Sequence record: NC_019521.1
Length of the DNA stretch: 64,000 nt
Strand: one strand, 5' to 3'
The translations under genes and the position numbers were made by a program. Shown here piece by piece: positions 1 through 9,995 of the stretch (position 1 is the first letter of the stretch; every line of letters begins with the position of its first letter). The notes under the pieces were generated by a model that was given only the letters and a program-made list of their open reading frames with translations, did no database searches and was not told the DNA's origin.

Positions 1-2
1 AT

Positions 3-488
3 TCTGAAGCTTGGGGAATCTGTGGAGGTATATTTTTCATGGGTCGTGAAGCTTTCATAAAAGTTGGAGGATTCAATGAAGAATATCGAGTTTATGGAAT
101 GGACGATGTTGACTTTACTAATAGATTTCTGTTAAACGATTATATCGTTAAGAAGTTTCCTGAAGTATTGTTTCATCACTTATTTCACCCTAGAACTTTA
201 GAAAATTCAGATGAAGCTGAATTGGAAAGATATAAACAGGAACTTACTTACTGGTATATCAATAAGAAAAACTTTGAAGAACAAATAGAAATTCCAAAAT
301 CTGATAGACTTGTAAGAAATCATATTTCTGAAAGATTCTTAGAATTAGCTAAACGTGATGAAAACTTCTTAGAACATGAAGTTAAATTTACTACAGATTT
401 AACAAAATTCGATCTAACTAGATTCCCAGAAAAATTCCAAAGACAAATAGGAATTCTTAAAGATGATCCAAATAAATTTTACGGATAA
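3..488 (+). CDS. GT2/GT7C-like glycosyltransferase, 5' truncated by window edge
   Basis: Frame is open from nt 3 (SEAWGICGGIFFMGREAF..). It carries GGFNEEYRVYGMDDVDF and LFHHLFH motifs and is a paralog of the next gene. Confidence 0.8.
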   Translation, partial: SEAWGICGGIFFMGREAFIKVGGFNEEYRVYGMDDVDFTNRFLLNDYIVKKFPEVLFHHLFHPRTLENSDEAELERYKQELTYWYINKKNFEEQIEIPKSDRLVRNHISERFLELAKRDENFLEHEVKFTTDLTKFDLTRFPEKFQRQIGILKDDPNKFYG

Positions 489-504
489 GACCAAAACGAA
501 ACAT

Positions 505-1500
505 ATGAAACATATTGCATTTACGATTCCATTTTGGAATGTAGGAAACGAAAAAGAAAGATTAGAAAACATAGGATACGTTAAACGTTCTTGTGACAAT
601 TTCGCAGACTATTTCAACAAAAACAATAAGAACGATTTCAAGATAGATGTAATCCTAGCTAATCTTGGTGAAGAAATCAATCCGTTATATCCTGAAGCTA
701 GATTCTATCAACATACTGGTTTAAAATATCGTTTCGAAAAACCAACCAGAATGAATACTTTGTTTCTAGATTTACTAGAAGAAGGATATGATTTCGTTGG
801 TATGTGTGATCCTGATATCATACTATTCGAAGAATACTTTGAGAAGCTAACTAAGAATATCGAAGATAATCTTGATTATTTCTCAATGCTTACATATTCT
901 GTAGCAAGAACAAAACCGGAATTACGAAAGGATTTAATTCTAGAAACTAGAGAATTTCAACATCTTTCAAATCATGAACTAATTATCGAATCTAATGCAC
1001 AAGCTGAAAACTGGCGAGTTTGTGGTGGTGCTTATTTCATGTCATTAGAATTCTTCCGTGATTTAGGAGGATGGAACGAAGATTACAGAGTTTATGGAAT
1101 GGACGATGACGATTATACTTTCAGATTCGAATTAACTGGTGGTAGCGTTGTAACAGATACATCGATTATTTGGCATCATCTTTGGCATCCAACAGTATTG
1201 GGTACAGCACCTGATTACGAATTAGAAAGATACGAATATGAATGCATGTATCGTAGACTTTCTAAGGATGTTTATGAAGAACAAATCAAATCGCATCTGT
1301 GTGATAGAACTAATCGATTGGAGCATCTTTCTGATAGATTCAATAAAGCATATAGTTATCCAGATTCATTCATTAAAGCTGCTAAGACTAACAATGTATT
1401 CAGTTACGAAATCGGTAAAAGGTCTATCGAAACTATGCCAATCGAAATCAAACGTAAATTGGGATTAGTTAATGATGATAAATTTTATGGTTCTTGTTAA
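505..1500 (+). CDS. GT2/GT7C-like glycosyltransferase (GT-A fold)
   Basis: DxD motif (CDPDII), CGGAYFM, GGWNEDYRVYGMDDDDY and WHHLWH. ATG 505 preferred over the track start at 463. Confidence 0.8.
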   Translation: MKHIAFTIPFWNVGNEKERLENIGYVKRSCDNFADYFNKNNKNDFKIDVILANLGEEINPLYPEARFYQHTGLKYRFEKPTRMNTLFLDLLEEGYDFVGMCDPDIILFEEYFEKLTKNIEDNLDYFSMLTYSVARTKPELRKDLILETREFQHLSNHELIIESNAQAENWRVCGGAYFMSLEFFRDLGGWNEDYRVYGMDDDDYTFRFELTGGSVVTDTSIIWHHLWHPTVLGTAPDYELERYEYECMYRRLSKDVYEEQIKSHLCDRTNRLEHLSDRFNKAYSYPDSFIKAAKTNNVFSYEIGKRSIETMPIEIKRKLGLVNDDKFYGSC

Positions 1501-1508
1501 TCAAATGA

Positions 1509-1538
1509 CCCTAGTATGTAACTTTCGATACATACTAG
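1509..1538 (+). terminator. 11-bp hairpin overlapping a promoter -35 box
   Basis: cctagtatgta-actttcga-tacatactagg right after the GT2 stop. Confidence 0.6.
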
Positions 1539-1545
1539 GTACTAT
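1517..1545 (+). promoter_or_regulatory. Phage promoter TGTAAC-N17-TACTAT
   Basis: Matches the window-wide consensus with exact 17-nt spacing. Confidence 0.65.
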
Positions 1546-1574
1546 ACATTCATAATCACATATTAATATATCAA

Positions 1575-2180
1575 ATGAAATTAGTTATCGTAGAAGGAAT
1601 AGATAGAATCGGTAAAACTACATTCATATCAAATCTGAAAACAAAACTTGAAGAAACTAATTCTGATGTAATCATTGATAATAGAGTTCCGGTATGGTGC
1701 CCAAGGATAGCTTTGAATCATCCACCATATTGTTATGAATATTACAATGCTTTCGCATGGTCTCAGTTTCTTGAAATGTTGAAACTTTTCAATCATAAGG
1801 ATTCGATTATTATCATGGACAGACATCATGGTAGTTCAGAAGCTTATGGAATCATAAAACGTAAATCCATAATAGAAGAACTTTACGAATCAGTTGACAT
1901 TTTCAAAGAACGTATTCAAGAATTTGAAATCGAAATGATGAAACTTCTTGGAGAATCGAATGTTCATTATGTACAGTTTATTGCTGACAAGATTGGTATC
2001 AAGGACGATATAACGAAACTTGAAGATTTGAAATCAGTTAACAAGTATTACGAAGAAACTTTCGATAATCGTAAAATCAAAAACAAGTATCTGATAAAAC
2101 TTGAATCAGATGAAAACTTTGAAACGAACATCATGACTCATTTGGATTGGTTAAGTAAATTAATCAATGAAACTAAGTAA
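1575..2180 (+). CDS. Deoxynucleoside monophosphate (thymidylate-kinase-like) kinase
   Basis: P-loop VIVEGIDRIGKTT and IMDR motif. Confidence 0.8.
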   Translation: MKLVIVEGIDRIGKTTFISNLKTKLEETNSDVIIDNRVPVWCPRIALNHPPYCYEYYNAFAWSQFLEMLKLFNHKDSIIIMDRHHGSSEAYGIIKRKSIIEELYESVDIFKERIQEFEIEMMKLLGESNVHYVQFIADKIGIKDDITKLEDLKSVNKYYEETFDNRKIKNKYLIKLESDENFETNIMTHLDWLSKLINETK

Positions 2181-2196
2181 ATCAGATAAGTATAAT
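2168..2196 (+). promoter_or_regulatory. Phage promoter TGAAAC-N17-TATAAT
   Basis: Consensus match upstream of the SSB gene. Confidence 0.7.
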
Positions 2197-2250
2197 ATTC
2201 TTTTAAAATACATATATTCATTAAACACTAAAAACCCTTAATTAAACGCC

Positions 2251-3300
2251 ATGAGTACAGAAATCCAAAACCCTTTCGCAATCTTTCAAACAAACATCGA
2301 AGACATCAAATCATTTGATGAGGTTGAAGGTGGAAATCGTATCGATTTTTCCAAAATCTTTTACGAACCAACACCCGATGAAGATGGTAAAAAGCCTTAC
2401 ATTGCTGCTATCAAATTCTTACCAAACATCTACAATCCACTTGACCCAGTTGTTCAGAAATCATTTTACAAACTAACACACCCTGATACGGGAAAACGTT
2501 TGTACTGGGATTCTCCTTCTTCAATCGGTGAAGCATGTATTGTAATGAACGAATTCTTCCGTTTGAGAAATGAAAAAGATGATGCACGTTCACAAAACCT
2601 TGCTAAGCAATATGCTCGTACTCGTCAAGCATGTGCTGTAATCCAAATTATTAAAGACCCTCAAAATCCAGAATTGGATGGTCAATTCCGTTTATTCCGT
2701 ATGCAATTAGATGGTGATGTTCACAAAGCTATCAAATCTAAAATCAAGCCTACGAAAGAGGAAATGGAACTTGATCCAGACTTGAAAGGATATGATGTTT
2801 TCAATCCATTTGGGTCACCAACTTATCGTTTAAAAGTTCTACAAACTGCTAACGGTCGTGATTTCTCTGGTTCTACTTGGCATGACACATTTGTTGGAAT
2901 GCAACTTCCAGAATTAGATAAAGAAGGTAACGAAGTTGTTAAAGATGGTAAGACTGTTTACAAACAAATCACTGCGGAAGATGCTACTAACACTGAGGTT
3001 CAAAACCGAATTGTTGAAGCATTGAAAGCTGATCACATCAACATTAAAGAACATTTCGCATATAAACCTGCGGATGCTAATCGTGTTGAACTTGTAAAAC
3101 GTGCTATCAAGAAAATGTCTAACGCTCCTGTTGATTTAGCTCCTTCAGCTGAAAGTGCACCAGATCAAAATGCTGCAAAACCTGAAGAAACTAAACAAGA
3201 AACTCCTACGGAAACTAAACCAACTGAAACAGCTCCTGAGGTTACTAAACCAACTTCCGATGATGCAAAATCAGATGTATTTGACGAATTAGGAATTTAA
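2251..3300 (+). CDS. T4 gp32-like single-stranded DNA-binding protein
   Basis: AIKFLP and IQIIKDPQNPELDGQFRLF resemble gp32 AVIRFLP and ILVVKDPAAPENEGKVFKY. Low-complexity linker and acidic tip SDVFDELGI. Confidence 0.8.
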   Translation: MSTEIQNPFAIFQTNIEDIKSFDEVEGGNRIDFSKIFYEPTPDEDGKKPYIAAIKFLPNIYNPLDPVVQKSFYKLTHPDTGKRLYWDSPSSIGEACIVMNEFFRLRNEKDDARSQNLAKQYARTRQACAVIQIIKDPQNPELDGQFRLFRMQLDGDVHKAIKSKIKPTKEEMELDPDLKGYDVFNPFGSPTYRLKVLQTANGRDFSGSTWHDTFVGMQLPELDKEGNEVVKDGKTVYKQITAEDATNTEVQNRIVEALKADHINIKEHFAYKPADANRVELVKRAIKKMSNAPVDLAPSAESAPDQNAAKPEETKQETPTETKPTETAPEVTKPTSDDAKSDVFDELGI

Positions 3301-3331
3301 TCGACAATCGACAATCGTTTGGATCAATTAA

Positions 3332-3366
3332 AAAGAAGGGTTGTGTAATTTACACAACCCTTCTTT
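3332..3366 (+). terminator. Rho-independent terminator
   Basis: 16-bp stem aaagaagggttgtgta/tacacaacccttcttt after the SSB gene. Confidence 0.8.
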
Positions 3367-3370
3367 CGTT

Positions 3371-3378
3371 TATACATA
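3371..3378 (+). promoter_or_regulatory. TATACATA late-type promoter motif
   Basis: Recurrent octamer upstream of starts; one mismatch from the T4 late promoter TATAAATA. Confidence 0.5.
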
Positions 3379-3403
3379 TTTTTCAAAACGTATTATGTGA
3401 CCT

Positions 3404-4903
3404 ATGGTACTAGAATTTGTATATAACTTTTCGTTACTAAGAGTAGTAAGTGCTACTAAAGAAGAACATGAGCAATTAATGCTTATCGCTACTGGACAAA
3501 ACTATAATTTTCAGACTAAATCATATTGGGAAGAATGTTTCTATAAGAATTATGAATATCTTCCTGCAGGTATGTGGAAACGTGTACTAGAACTTAATAG
3601 AGCTAAGAATCCATGGCATGTTCATATTACTAATCTTAACGATTTCGTTAGAACTGATATTACAAAAGAAAAACTTCAAGAATGGGTAGACTCCCAGAAC
3701 CTCATATATGATCCTTATTACTATCAAGCTGATGCTTTCTTTAAATTGATAAAGTTTCCACGATCTAAAGCTGAAATCGGTACAGGTGGTGGTAAGACTT
3801 TCACAGCGTGTTTATTAGCTAGATATTACTTACAGAATATACTAGAACCTGGACAGAAAGTATTAATCGTTGTACCACGTAGAGCTCTAGTTGATCAGTT
3901 CTTATCTGACTTAAAGAAATACTGTGATGATGGATATTTGATTATCGATTCTGAATATTCTGGAGGTAGAAACTATGCTAACTCAAATGTTATCGTTGGA
4001 ACCTTTCAGACATTAAGTAATTACGAAGCTTCATTCTTTGAAGATATCGGTTGTGCTATATTCGATGAAGCTCATACAGCTAAAACTCGTTCAATTAAGG
4101 AGGAGATCATACCAAAATTACCTTGGGCTAAATGTCGCTCATTTCATGGAATGACAGGTACTGAACCTGATGACGAAATTGGTAAGCTAATTTTAGAATG
4201 TTACATAGGCCCTACATTACAGTTTACACCTACTTCAGAACTTGAAGAAGCTGGTTCTATCGTTCCAACTAAAGTTTTAATGGTTGGAATAAAACATACT
4301 AGAAAAACTGCTGAATTGTATTATACTTCACCTGAAACATCTGAACCAAATCAAAAGAGAATAGCTTTCGAAAAACAAGTAGTTCTATATAATGAAGAAC
4401 GTTTAGCATTTATAGCTGAGATTTTGAACAAACTTCAGAAATCAACTTTAATGCTATTTAATACTGTAGAATATGCTAGATACATGATGGATCATCTAAA
4501 TCATAATTCTCATAAAAAGATTCGATTGATATACGGTGCTACACCTGATGCTGAACGTCAAAGAATATTCGAAGAACTTGAGAATCATGATGATATAATT
4601 TTGTTAGCAACTTTCGGAACAATGTCAACTGGTATTTCTATTGATAACATTCACAATTTAGCTACAGCTGATGGTGGTAAATCTACGATCATTATAAATC
4701 AGTCAATAGGTCGTGGTGTTCGTTTACATAAGGATAAAGAATTCTTACGTTATATAGATTTCTATGACATTATTCCAAAATATGATCCAGATTGGGGTGG
4801 TCCAAGAACTAACGTATTTCAAAGACAGTCTGATGCTAGACGTAAGATATATGATAAACGTAAAACTGAACATAAGACTAAGATTGTAGAACTTAAGTCA
4901 TAA
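3404..4903 (+). CDS. uvsW: UvsW-like SF2 DNA helicase
   Basis: Q motif PYYYQ, Walker A GTGGGKT, DEAH box, motif VI QSIGRGVR. Confidence 0.85.
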   Translation: MVLEFVYNFSLLRVVSATKEEHEQLMLIATGQNYNFQTKSYWEECFYKNYEYLPAGMWKRVLELNRAKNPWHVHITNLNDFVRTDITKEKLQEWVDSQNLIYDPYYYQADAFFKLIKFPRSKAEIGTGGGKTFTACLLARYYLQNILEPGQKVLIVVPRRALVDQFLSDLKKYCDDGYLIIDSEYSGGRNYANSNVIVGTFQTLSNYEASFFEDIGCAIFDEAHTAKTRSIKEEIIPKLPWAKCRSFHGMTGTEPDDEIGKLILECYIGPTLQFTPTSELEEAGSIVPTKVLMVGIKHTRKTAELYYTSPETSEPNQKRIAFEKQVVLYNEERLAFIAEILNKLQKSTLMLFNTVEYARYMMDHLNHNSHKKIRLIYGATPDAERQRIFEELENHDDIILLATFGTMSTGISIDNIHNLATADGGKSTIIINQSIGRGVRLHKDKEFLRYIDFYDIIPKYDPDWGGPRTNVFQRQSDARRKIYDKRKTEHKTKIVELKS

Positions 4904-4933
4904 ACTTTAGTAATATTTACTTACTCAACACTT

Positions 4934-4941
4934 TATACATA
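4934..4941 (+). promoter_or_regulatory. TATACATA late-type promoter motif
   Basis: Exact octamer upstream of the ORF at 4969. Confidence 0.5.
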
Positions 4942-4968
4942 TCATATAACATCATCTATTTATTGACT

Positions 4969-5436
4969 ATGACCGAACAATTTCCAGAACATATAATTGA
5001 ATCACAAATAAAGATTTCGCACAGTGATTTATCTATTGATATGGATTACGATACTCTAATCGATGAGTATGACAAAACAGAATTTCTTGAATATTTGAAA
5101 GAAGTATTACCAAGATTAATTAATAATCTTCCAGAAAGGAAGGGAAAGGTTCAACCTGAAATTCAGGTATGTTCTAATTTCTTTATTGAATGTAAGAAGA
5201 AATTTCCAGGAATTACGGCGATGATAATATTCGACGAACTTACGGAAGTTTTAGAAATATCACCGGAATTATTACTTGCTAATTTGGCTAAACCTATCAA
5301 AAATCAATTGATAATCGAATTGAAAAGGAAGATAAGTTTAGACAAATATAACAAGAAAGTTCAAAAGGAATTCATAGAAAGAAATGGTGCTATTCAGCCA
5401 ACATTCTCATCTAGATTTCATAATCAAACTTTTTAA
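4969..5436 (+). CDS. Hypothetical protein
   Basis: ORF track; ATG at 4969. Confidence 0.65.
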   Translation: MTEQFPEHIIESQIKISHSDLSIDMDYDTLIDEYDKTEFLEYLKEVLPRLINNLPERKGKVQPEIQVCSNFFIECKKKFPGITAMIIFDELTEVLEISPELLLANLAKPIKNQLIIELKRKISLDKYNKKVQKEFIERNGAIQPTFSSRFHNQTF

Positions 5437-6305
5437 TCTTTACGTGGTAACGGTTTTATAGTAATATGTTCAGGTATTGGATTTTCAACAGTACCGTCAT
5501 AATCTGTTCTAGTTTCGAAAGAATTGTTTTTATCTTTGATGTGATGAGACCATTTAACTTTGTTCTCACCATCTGTGATATCTTCTAAATCTGGGTCAGG
5601 AATTATACCACCGTTACCATTTCCATCATTATCTGGATCACCATCGAGACCGTTACCAAATGAACCTTCTGGAGGCATTCCAACACCTGGATATTTTCTA
5701 AACAGATTATAGCTTGGATATTGTAACTGTAATGATAATTCTGTAGTTATGATTCTATTACGTCTTTCATGATCATAAGACATAGTTAGATTCTTTTCTT
5801 CTCCCATATTGAAGTTGAAAATATAAGCTCCGCTATAAGTCTTACTTAGATATGTAAATTCGTAAACGTTATGTTTAGCTAGAATCATTGTAAGAATCTC
5901 CATATATTTAAGAGCTGATAAAATGTTATCAGTTATTAAATGTAAACCGATATTCATGGTCATTGGAATCCGTTGAACTTTTGTTCTGAATTCTCTTGTA
6001 CCTTCTGACATATTAAGTTTAAACTTAGCTGTTTGATGTGGATTCGTTATTTCATCTCTCTGGAAATCGATATTTTGAATATCTAATTCGATTCTAGGTC
6101 TTTGTTGATATAATGTTTCACGGTCTCTGTTACTATCTTTGAATCCGGAATTTTGATCCATTATGAAAGCTTCATCACCAGTATTCAAAACAAATACTGG
6201 AATCTTAACAGGACCCATCCATAAAGACAAATCGTTAATCATCCCAACTAACGCATTTTCTAAATAATCGTGTGAAAAACTATCTAAAACTTTGGTAATA
6301 TTCAT
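5433..6305 (-). CDS. T4 gp15-like tail terminator / sheath stabiliser
   Basis: RPRIELDIQNIDF..RIPMTMNIGLHLITDNILSALKYMEIL resembles gp15 LPRMS..VPYNLNFELSI..QIVEQILP. AATACATA lies on the - strand at 6372-6379 upstream. Confidence 0.65.
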   Translation of the reverse strand: MNITKVLDSFSHDYLENALVGMINDLSLWMGPVKIPVFVLNTGDEAFIMDQNSGFKDSNRDRETLYQQRPRIELDIQNIDFQRDEITNPHQTAKFKLNMSEGTREFRTKVQRIPMTMNIGLHLITDNILSALKYMEILTMILAKHNVYEFTYLSKTYSGAYIFNFNMGEEKNLTMSYDHERRNRIITTELSLQLQYPSYNLFRKYPGVGMPPEGSFGNGLDGDPDNDGNGNGGIIPDPDLEDITDGENKVKWSHHIKDKNNSFETRTDYDGTVENPIPEHITIKPLPRKD

Positions 6306-6323
6306 ATAACTAATAATTCAAAA

Positions 6324-6875
6324 ATGAAAGAACTTAGAATCAAATTAGATTGGCTAATAAGTCCATTGATATATGTATTTAATGCATTGTTTTTTCCAAT
6401 CCTGATAAAGGAACTTCAGTATAATCTGAGAATCTATAAACAATGTATCGATTTCATAAAACATAAGATTCAAAACGATGAGAACTTTATCAAATTTCTC
6501 GACAATCATGAATTTGAAGAAGCTTGGTTTGGAAGATTATACGCTCAACAAACGATTCCAGAACAATTAGCAAGAAATCTATCAGATGACGATTTACATA
6601 CAGGTGTTCTACAGAATTTGGCTGAGAAACATGAGTTCTTAGTTAATCAAGGATTTCTAGAAATATTGATAATGAAAACAAAAAGAATTGATCGTGAAAA
6701 TTACTTATTGATTTTAGAAATTGCTAACTTCCAAGCAATACTTTCGATAGTTTATCATCTAATATTTTCATTGATTCTTTGGACTTTCATAGGTAGAATC
6801 ATATATGTATTTTATCTTAACGAATTGATATCGATTCTAGAACCAATCAAAAACTTCTTTATACATATCTTTTAA
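6324..6875 (+). CDS. Hypothetical membrane protein
   Basis: Hydrophobic N- and C-terminal segments. Confidence 0.6.
   Translation: MKELRIKLDWLISPLIYVFNALFFPILIKELQYNLRIYKQCIDFIKHKIQNDENFIKFLDNHEFEEAWFGRLYAQQTIPEQLARNLSDDDLHTGVLQNLAEKHEFLVNQGFLEILIMKTKRIDRENYLLILEIANFQAILSIVYHLIFSLILWTFIGRIIYVFYLNELISILEPIKNFFIHIF
6860..6867 (+). promoter_or_regulatory. TATACATA late-type promoter motif
   Basis: Exact octamer upstream of 6905. Confidence 0.5.
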
Positions 6876-6904
6876 TACTAATATCAAATTACATAAATAA
6901 ACAA

Positions 6905-7540
6905 ATGAACAATCAAAACGTACAGACCGGAAAAATGAAAGCTTTTGAAACTTTAGCTCCACGAACAAAAGAAGAATTACTACAACTTTATAGTAATCAC
7001 ATGGACGCTTTGGAAGCTTTCGATCAAGCTACAAACAATCTTGAAAATCTTCAATTCGATAAGAAAGGTGATTTAAAAGAAGCTTACGATTATATCATGG
7101 GTCCTCTTTTAGATACTGTTGATTTACCTTACGATGTTGCTTATATCGTAGCTAAATTAGACGATAACGCTAAATCTAAATTCATTACAAGAAATGAAAT
7201 GACTTTGATTCAAACTGTTGTTACTAAATCTACCTTTAGAGGTCGTGAAGATGGTAAGAAATTATTCAAAGCTATGACAGCTTTAGGTAAACCAATGCAA
7301 GCTATTACTGAACTTCAAATGGAACAATCTAACATTGCACAAGATCATGTTAAACTTGAATCAGCTTTTAATACTAGAGTTGCACAAGTAAAAGCTAATC
7401 GTGATGAGATCGCTAAAGTTTGGGAAGAGTTGAATCAAGATCACCCAGCTGTTGTAAGATATTACGCTGAACGTGAAGCTGCTTTAGGTAAAACTGAAGA
7501 ACCTGCTAAAGTTAAAACAATTAAGAAAGCTGCAAAATAA
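6905..7540 (+). CDS. Hypothetical helical protein with Lys/Ala-rich tail
   Basis: ORF track; own promoter motif and terminator. Confidence 0.7.
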   Translation: MNNQNVQTGKMKAFETLAPRTKEELLQLYSNHMDALEAFDQATNNLENLQFDKKGDLKEAYDYIMGPLLDTVDLPYDVAYIVAKLDDNAKSKFITRNEMTLIQTVVTKSTFRGREDGKKLFKAMTALGKPMQAITELQMEQSNIAQDHVKLESAFNTRVAQVKANRDEIAKVWEELNQDHPAVVRYYAEREAALGKTEEPAKVKTIKKAAK

Positions 7541-7566
7541 TTACATTTTGACATATTAAATAAAGG

Positions 7567-7596
7567 AAACGATACTGATAATTATCAGTATCGTTT
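7567..7596 (+). terminator. Perfect 30-bp palindrome / terminator
   Basis: aaacgatactgataattatcagtatcgttt followed by a T-run. Confidence 0.75.
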
Positions 7597-7605
7597 TTTA
7601 GTTTC

Positions 7606-7634
7606 TGTAACTTTTTATCAATCTTTAGTACAAT
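7606..7634 (+). promoter_or_regulatory. Phage promoter TGTAAC-N17-TACAAT
   Basis: Consensus match heading the glycosyltransferase operon. Confidence 0.65.
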
Positions 7635-7656
7635 ATTTCTATAATTCAAAATCAAT

Positions 7657-8832
7657 ATGCGTAAACTATACATACTGAAATTCGATGAATCTTTGGATGA
7701 CGTCTCATGGTATTCTAAAGATTCAGATCATTTAACAGTTTCTGAAGTTAAGAACTTTGTAGAATTTGCTAAAGACGGATTCGAAATAAATCTAATTTCG
7801 TATATATCAGAAACTAGGAAACGTGACAATCTTACATTTCTAAACGTTTTCGATTTCATAGATACCGATATAAAGGAATCAGATGTTGTAATTTTCTGGA
7901 CTGGTTACAATTATTCGACTAGAGTTAAATGTGGTGTTTATGGAACTTTATGGTATACATGTTTCGCTTCACTACATAACAAACCAGTAACCCCTTACGT
8001 TTTATGTACTGATACTAGATGTTTCATGATGAATCCAGAATTCTTCATGGATAACAAAGTTTATAGTTCAGTTATCGGTAATACAATTGACAGTTTAGCT
8101 AAATCTGTTGATAAAGTAAAATTCAAATATCTAACACAGGCTAGAAATACTGAAGAATTTAAGAATCTTGTAAGAGCTAATCGAGACGCTAATCAAAATT
8201 TCTTAGAAACTATACATATTCCAACTCACTTACTTCCATTAGTTTCTCACAGAATGGAAAATATTACATATGAACATGACAATCAATATGTTTATTATGG
8301 TAGCGCTCCAATAGATTTTAGTAAGAAACGTGATTATCGTACTGAGAATATCTTTAATCTTTTCTATGCTAATAACTTTACAAATAAAGCTAAGGGTCGT
8401 TTAATCATAAATACTAAAGCTTGTGAAGTTCCAACTCAAATTACTAGTAATATCAAAGTATCTGATAGAATACCTTATTCAGAAATAAAGAATATGCTTA
8501 ATAAATCATTCGCTTCTGTTATTCTATCTGAAGAAGCTTATCAAAAGTGTGAGTTAATACCTAATCGTTTAATCGAAGGGTTAGCTGCTAAAACGTTATT
8601 ACTAATACATGAACAAGTATTGGGAGGTCTTATGAAAACTATTCATGATATTGGTTTTTCGTTATTACAGGTTATTGATATATCCAATGAAAGAGATTAC
8701 GAAACATCTAAACAGATCGATGAGCTAGCTTCAAATCATGAATTACGTAGAAGTATTATCATCAGTAATCAAAAACTTCTGAAAACTATTTTCAATCCAT
8801 TGAATCTTACAAATACAATAAATCGACTATAA
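7657..8832 (+). CDS. T4 beta-glucosyltransferase-like DNA glycosyltransferase (GT-B), paralog 1
   Basis: YVLCTDTRC vs BGT YYLFTDIRL. DRIPYSEIKNMLNKSFASVILSEEAY..IPNRLIEGLAAKTLLLI vs BGT GKIPMNMVSEKNSQAIAALIIGDKNY..TLRVWETMASDAVMLID (BGT sequence recalled). Confidence 0.7.
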   Translation: MRKLYILKFDESLDDVSWYSKDSDHLTVSEVKNFVEFAKDGFEINLISYISETRKRDNLTFLNVFDFIDTDIKESDVVIFWTGYNYSTRVKCGVYGTLWYTCFASLHNKPVTPYVLCTDTRCFMMNPEFFMDNKVYSSVIGNTIDSLAKSVDKVKFKYLTQARNTEEFKNLVRANRDANQNFLETIHIPTHLLPLVSHRMENITYEHDNQYVYYGSAPIDFSKKRDYRTENIFNLFYANNFTNKAKGRLIINTKACEVPTQITSNIKVSDRIPYSEIKNMLNKSFASVILSEEAYQKCELIPNRLIEGLAAKTLLLIHEQVLGGLMKTIHDIGFSLLQVIDISNERDYETSKQIDELASNHELRRSIIISNQKLLKTIFNPLNLTNTINRL

Positions 8833-8834
8833 AA

Positions 8835-9992
8835 ATGAATACAACAAAGAGACGACTATTTTTAATCAAATTCAAAGATTCGTTATCACCTGAATGTATC
8901 GATAAAGATACTATCAGATACAAAGAAATCTACAATGTTTTAAGATTCGTACCAACTAATGAATTCGAAATCAATCTAGTAAATTACGATAATCCGAAAG
9001 TTTCTGAAGAAAATAATCAACAGTATTACAAATACATTCATTATGAAGATTTCAAGAATCTGGAATTACTTGAAACGGATTTGTTAATTTTCTGGACTGG
9101 TTATATTTACGTTCCAACAGATGTCGATGTATCTAAAACTGATGCTTCTAATATTCGAGCATTTTATGAATGTTTAGAATCTACAAGAAATAAAGATAAC
9201 AAGCGATATCTGATTTGTACAGATACTAGATGTCCATTGATTAAGCCTGGTTTTTATTCAAGTAATGAAATATTCAAAGAAGAACTTAAGGATATCAATA
9301 TCGATGACATTCATTTGACATACCTAACACAAGCTATCGATCCTGAAGCATTTATCGAAATCGTTAAATCTTCAGAAATTAATAGTGTTCATAAAAATGT
9401 ATCAGCTATTCATATGAAGCTACATTTAGCTCCGTTAGTTTCACATGACATTCCAAAGATTAAGGAAAATCATAATGGTAAGTTTTTCTATTACGCTGGT
9501 GACTTACGTGATATCAGTAAACATAGATACGATAATATCATTAAGTTCTATTCAGTAGATTCTTCAGATTTATCAGTTAAACCATTGATAGCTTCAAACG
9601 TTCATCCAGATATTTACGATAAATTACCAAATGTTGAATTTATCAATAAGATACCATATTCTGAAGTTCCTGTAAGATTAAATGAAATGTTCGCTTCTGT
9701 TTGTTTCTCTGAAGCTGATTACGAAAAATGTAGACTTTTACCAAATCGTATTGCTGAAGGTATTGCTGCAAAAACACTTTTATTGATTCATCATAATATC
9801 GATCCAGAACGTAAGTTGAATTTAGAACCTTTACAGTATTTCGAAACTGTTGAAGACTTTAAGAAATCTTTGAAGTATTATTCAGAAAAACCTCATAGAC
9901 GTATTAACGCTATCAACAATCAACGTTATCAACTTTCGATAGAAGGTGATTTAGATGCTTTTCAGTTTTCAAGGGACTTTAGTACTATTTAA
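8835..9992 (+). CDS. T4 beta-glucosyltransferase-like DNA glycosyltransferase (GT-B), paralog 2
   Basis: YLICTDTRCP and NKIPYSEVPVRLNEMFASVCFSEADY..PNRIAEGIAAKTLLLIHHNID; clearly paralogous to 7657-8832. Confidence 0.7.
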   Translation: MNTTKRRLFLIKFKDSLSPECIDKDTIRYKEIYNVLRFVPTNEFEINLVNYDNPKVSEENNQQYYKYIHYEDFKNLELLETDLLIFWTGYIYVPTDVDVSKTDASNIRAFYECLESTRNKDNKRYLICTDTRCPLIKPGFYSSNEIFKEELKDINIDDIHLTYLTQAIDPEAFIEIVKSSEINSVHKNVSAIHMKLHLAPLVSHDIPKIKENHNGKFFYYAGDLRDISKHRYDNIIKFYSVDSSDLSVKPLIASNVHPDIYDKLPNVEFINKIPYSEVPVRLNEMFASVCFSEADYEKCRLLPNRIAEGIAAKTLLLIHHNIDPERKLNLEPLQYFETVEDFKKSLKYYSEKPHRRINAINNQRYQLSIEGDLDAFQFSRDFSTI

Positions 9993-9995
9993 TAT

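Noticed and set aside
3301-3317. tcgacaa-tcgacaa-tcg short tandem repeat
   Set aside because: Only 2.4 copies of a 7-mer; likely slippage, no function supportable.
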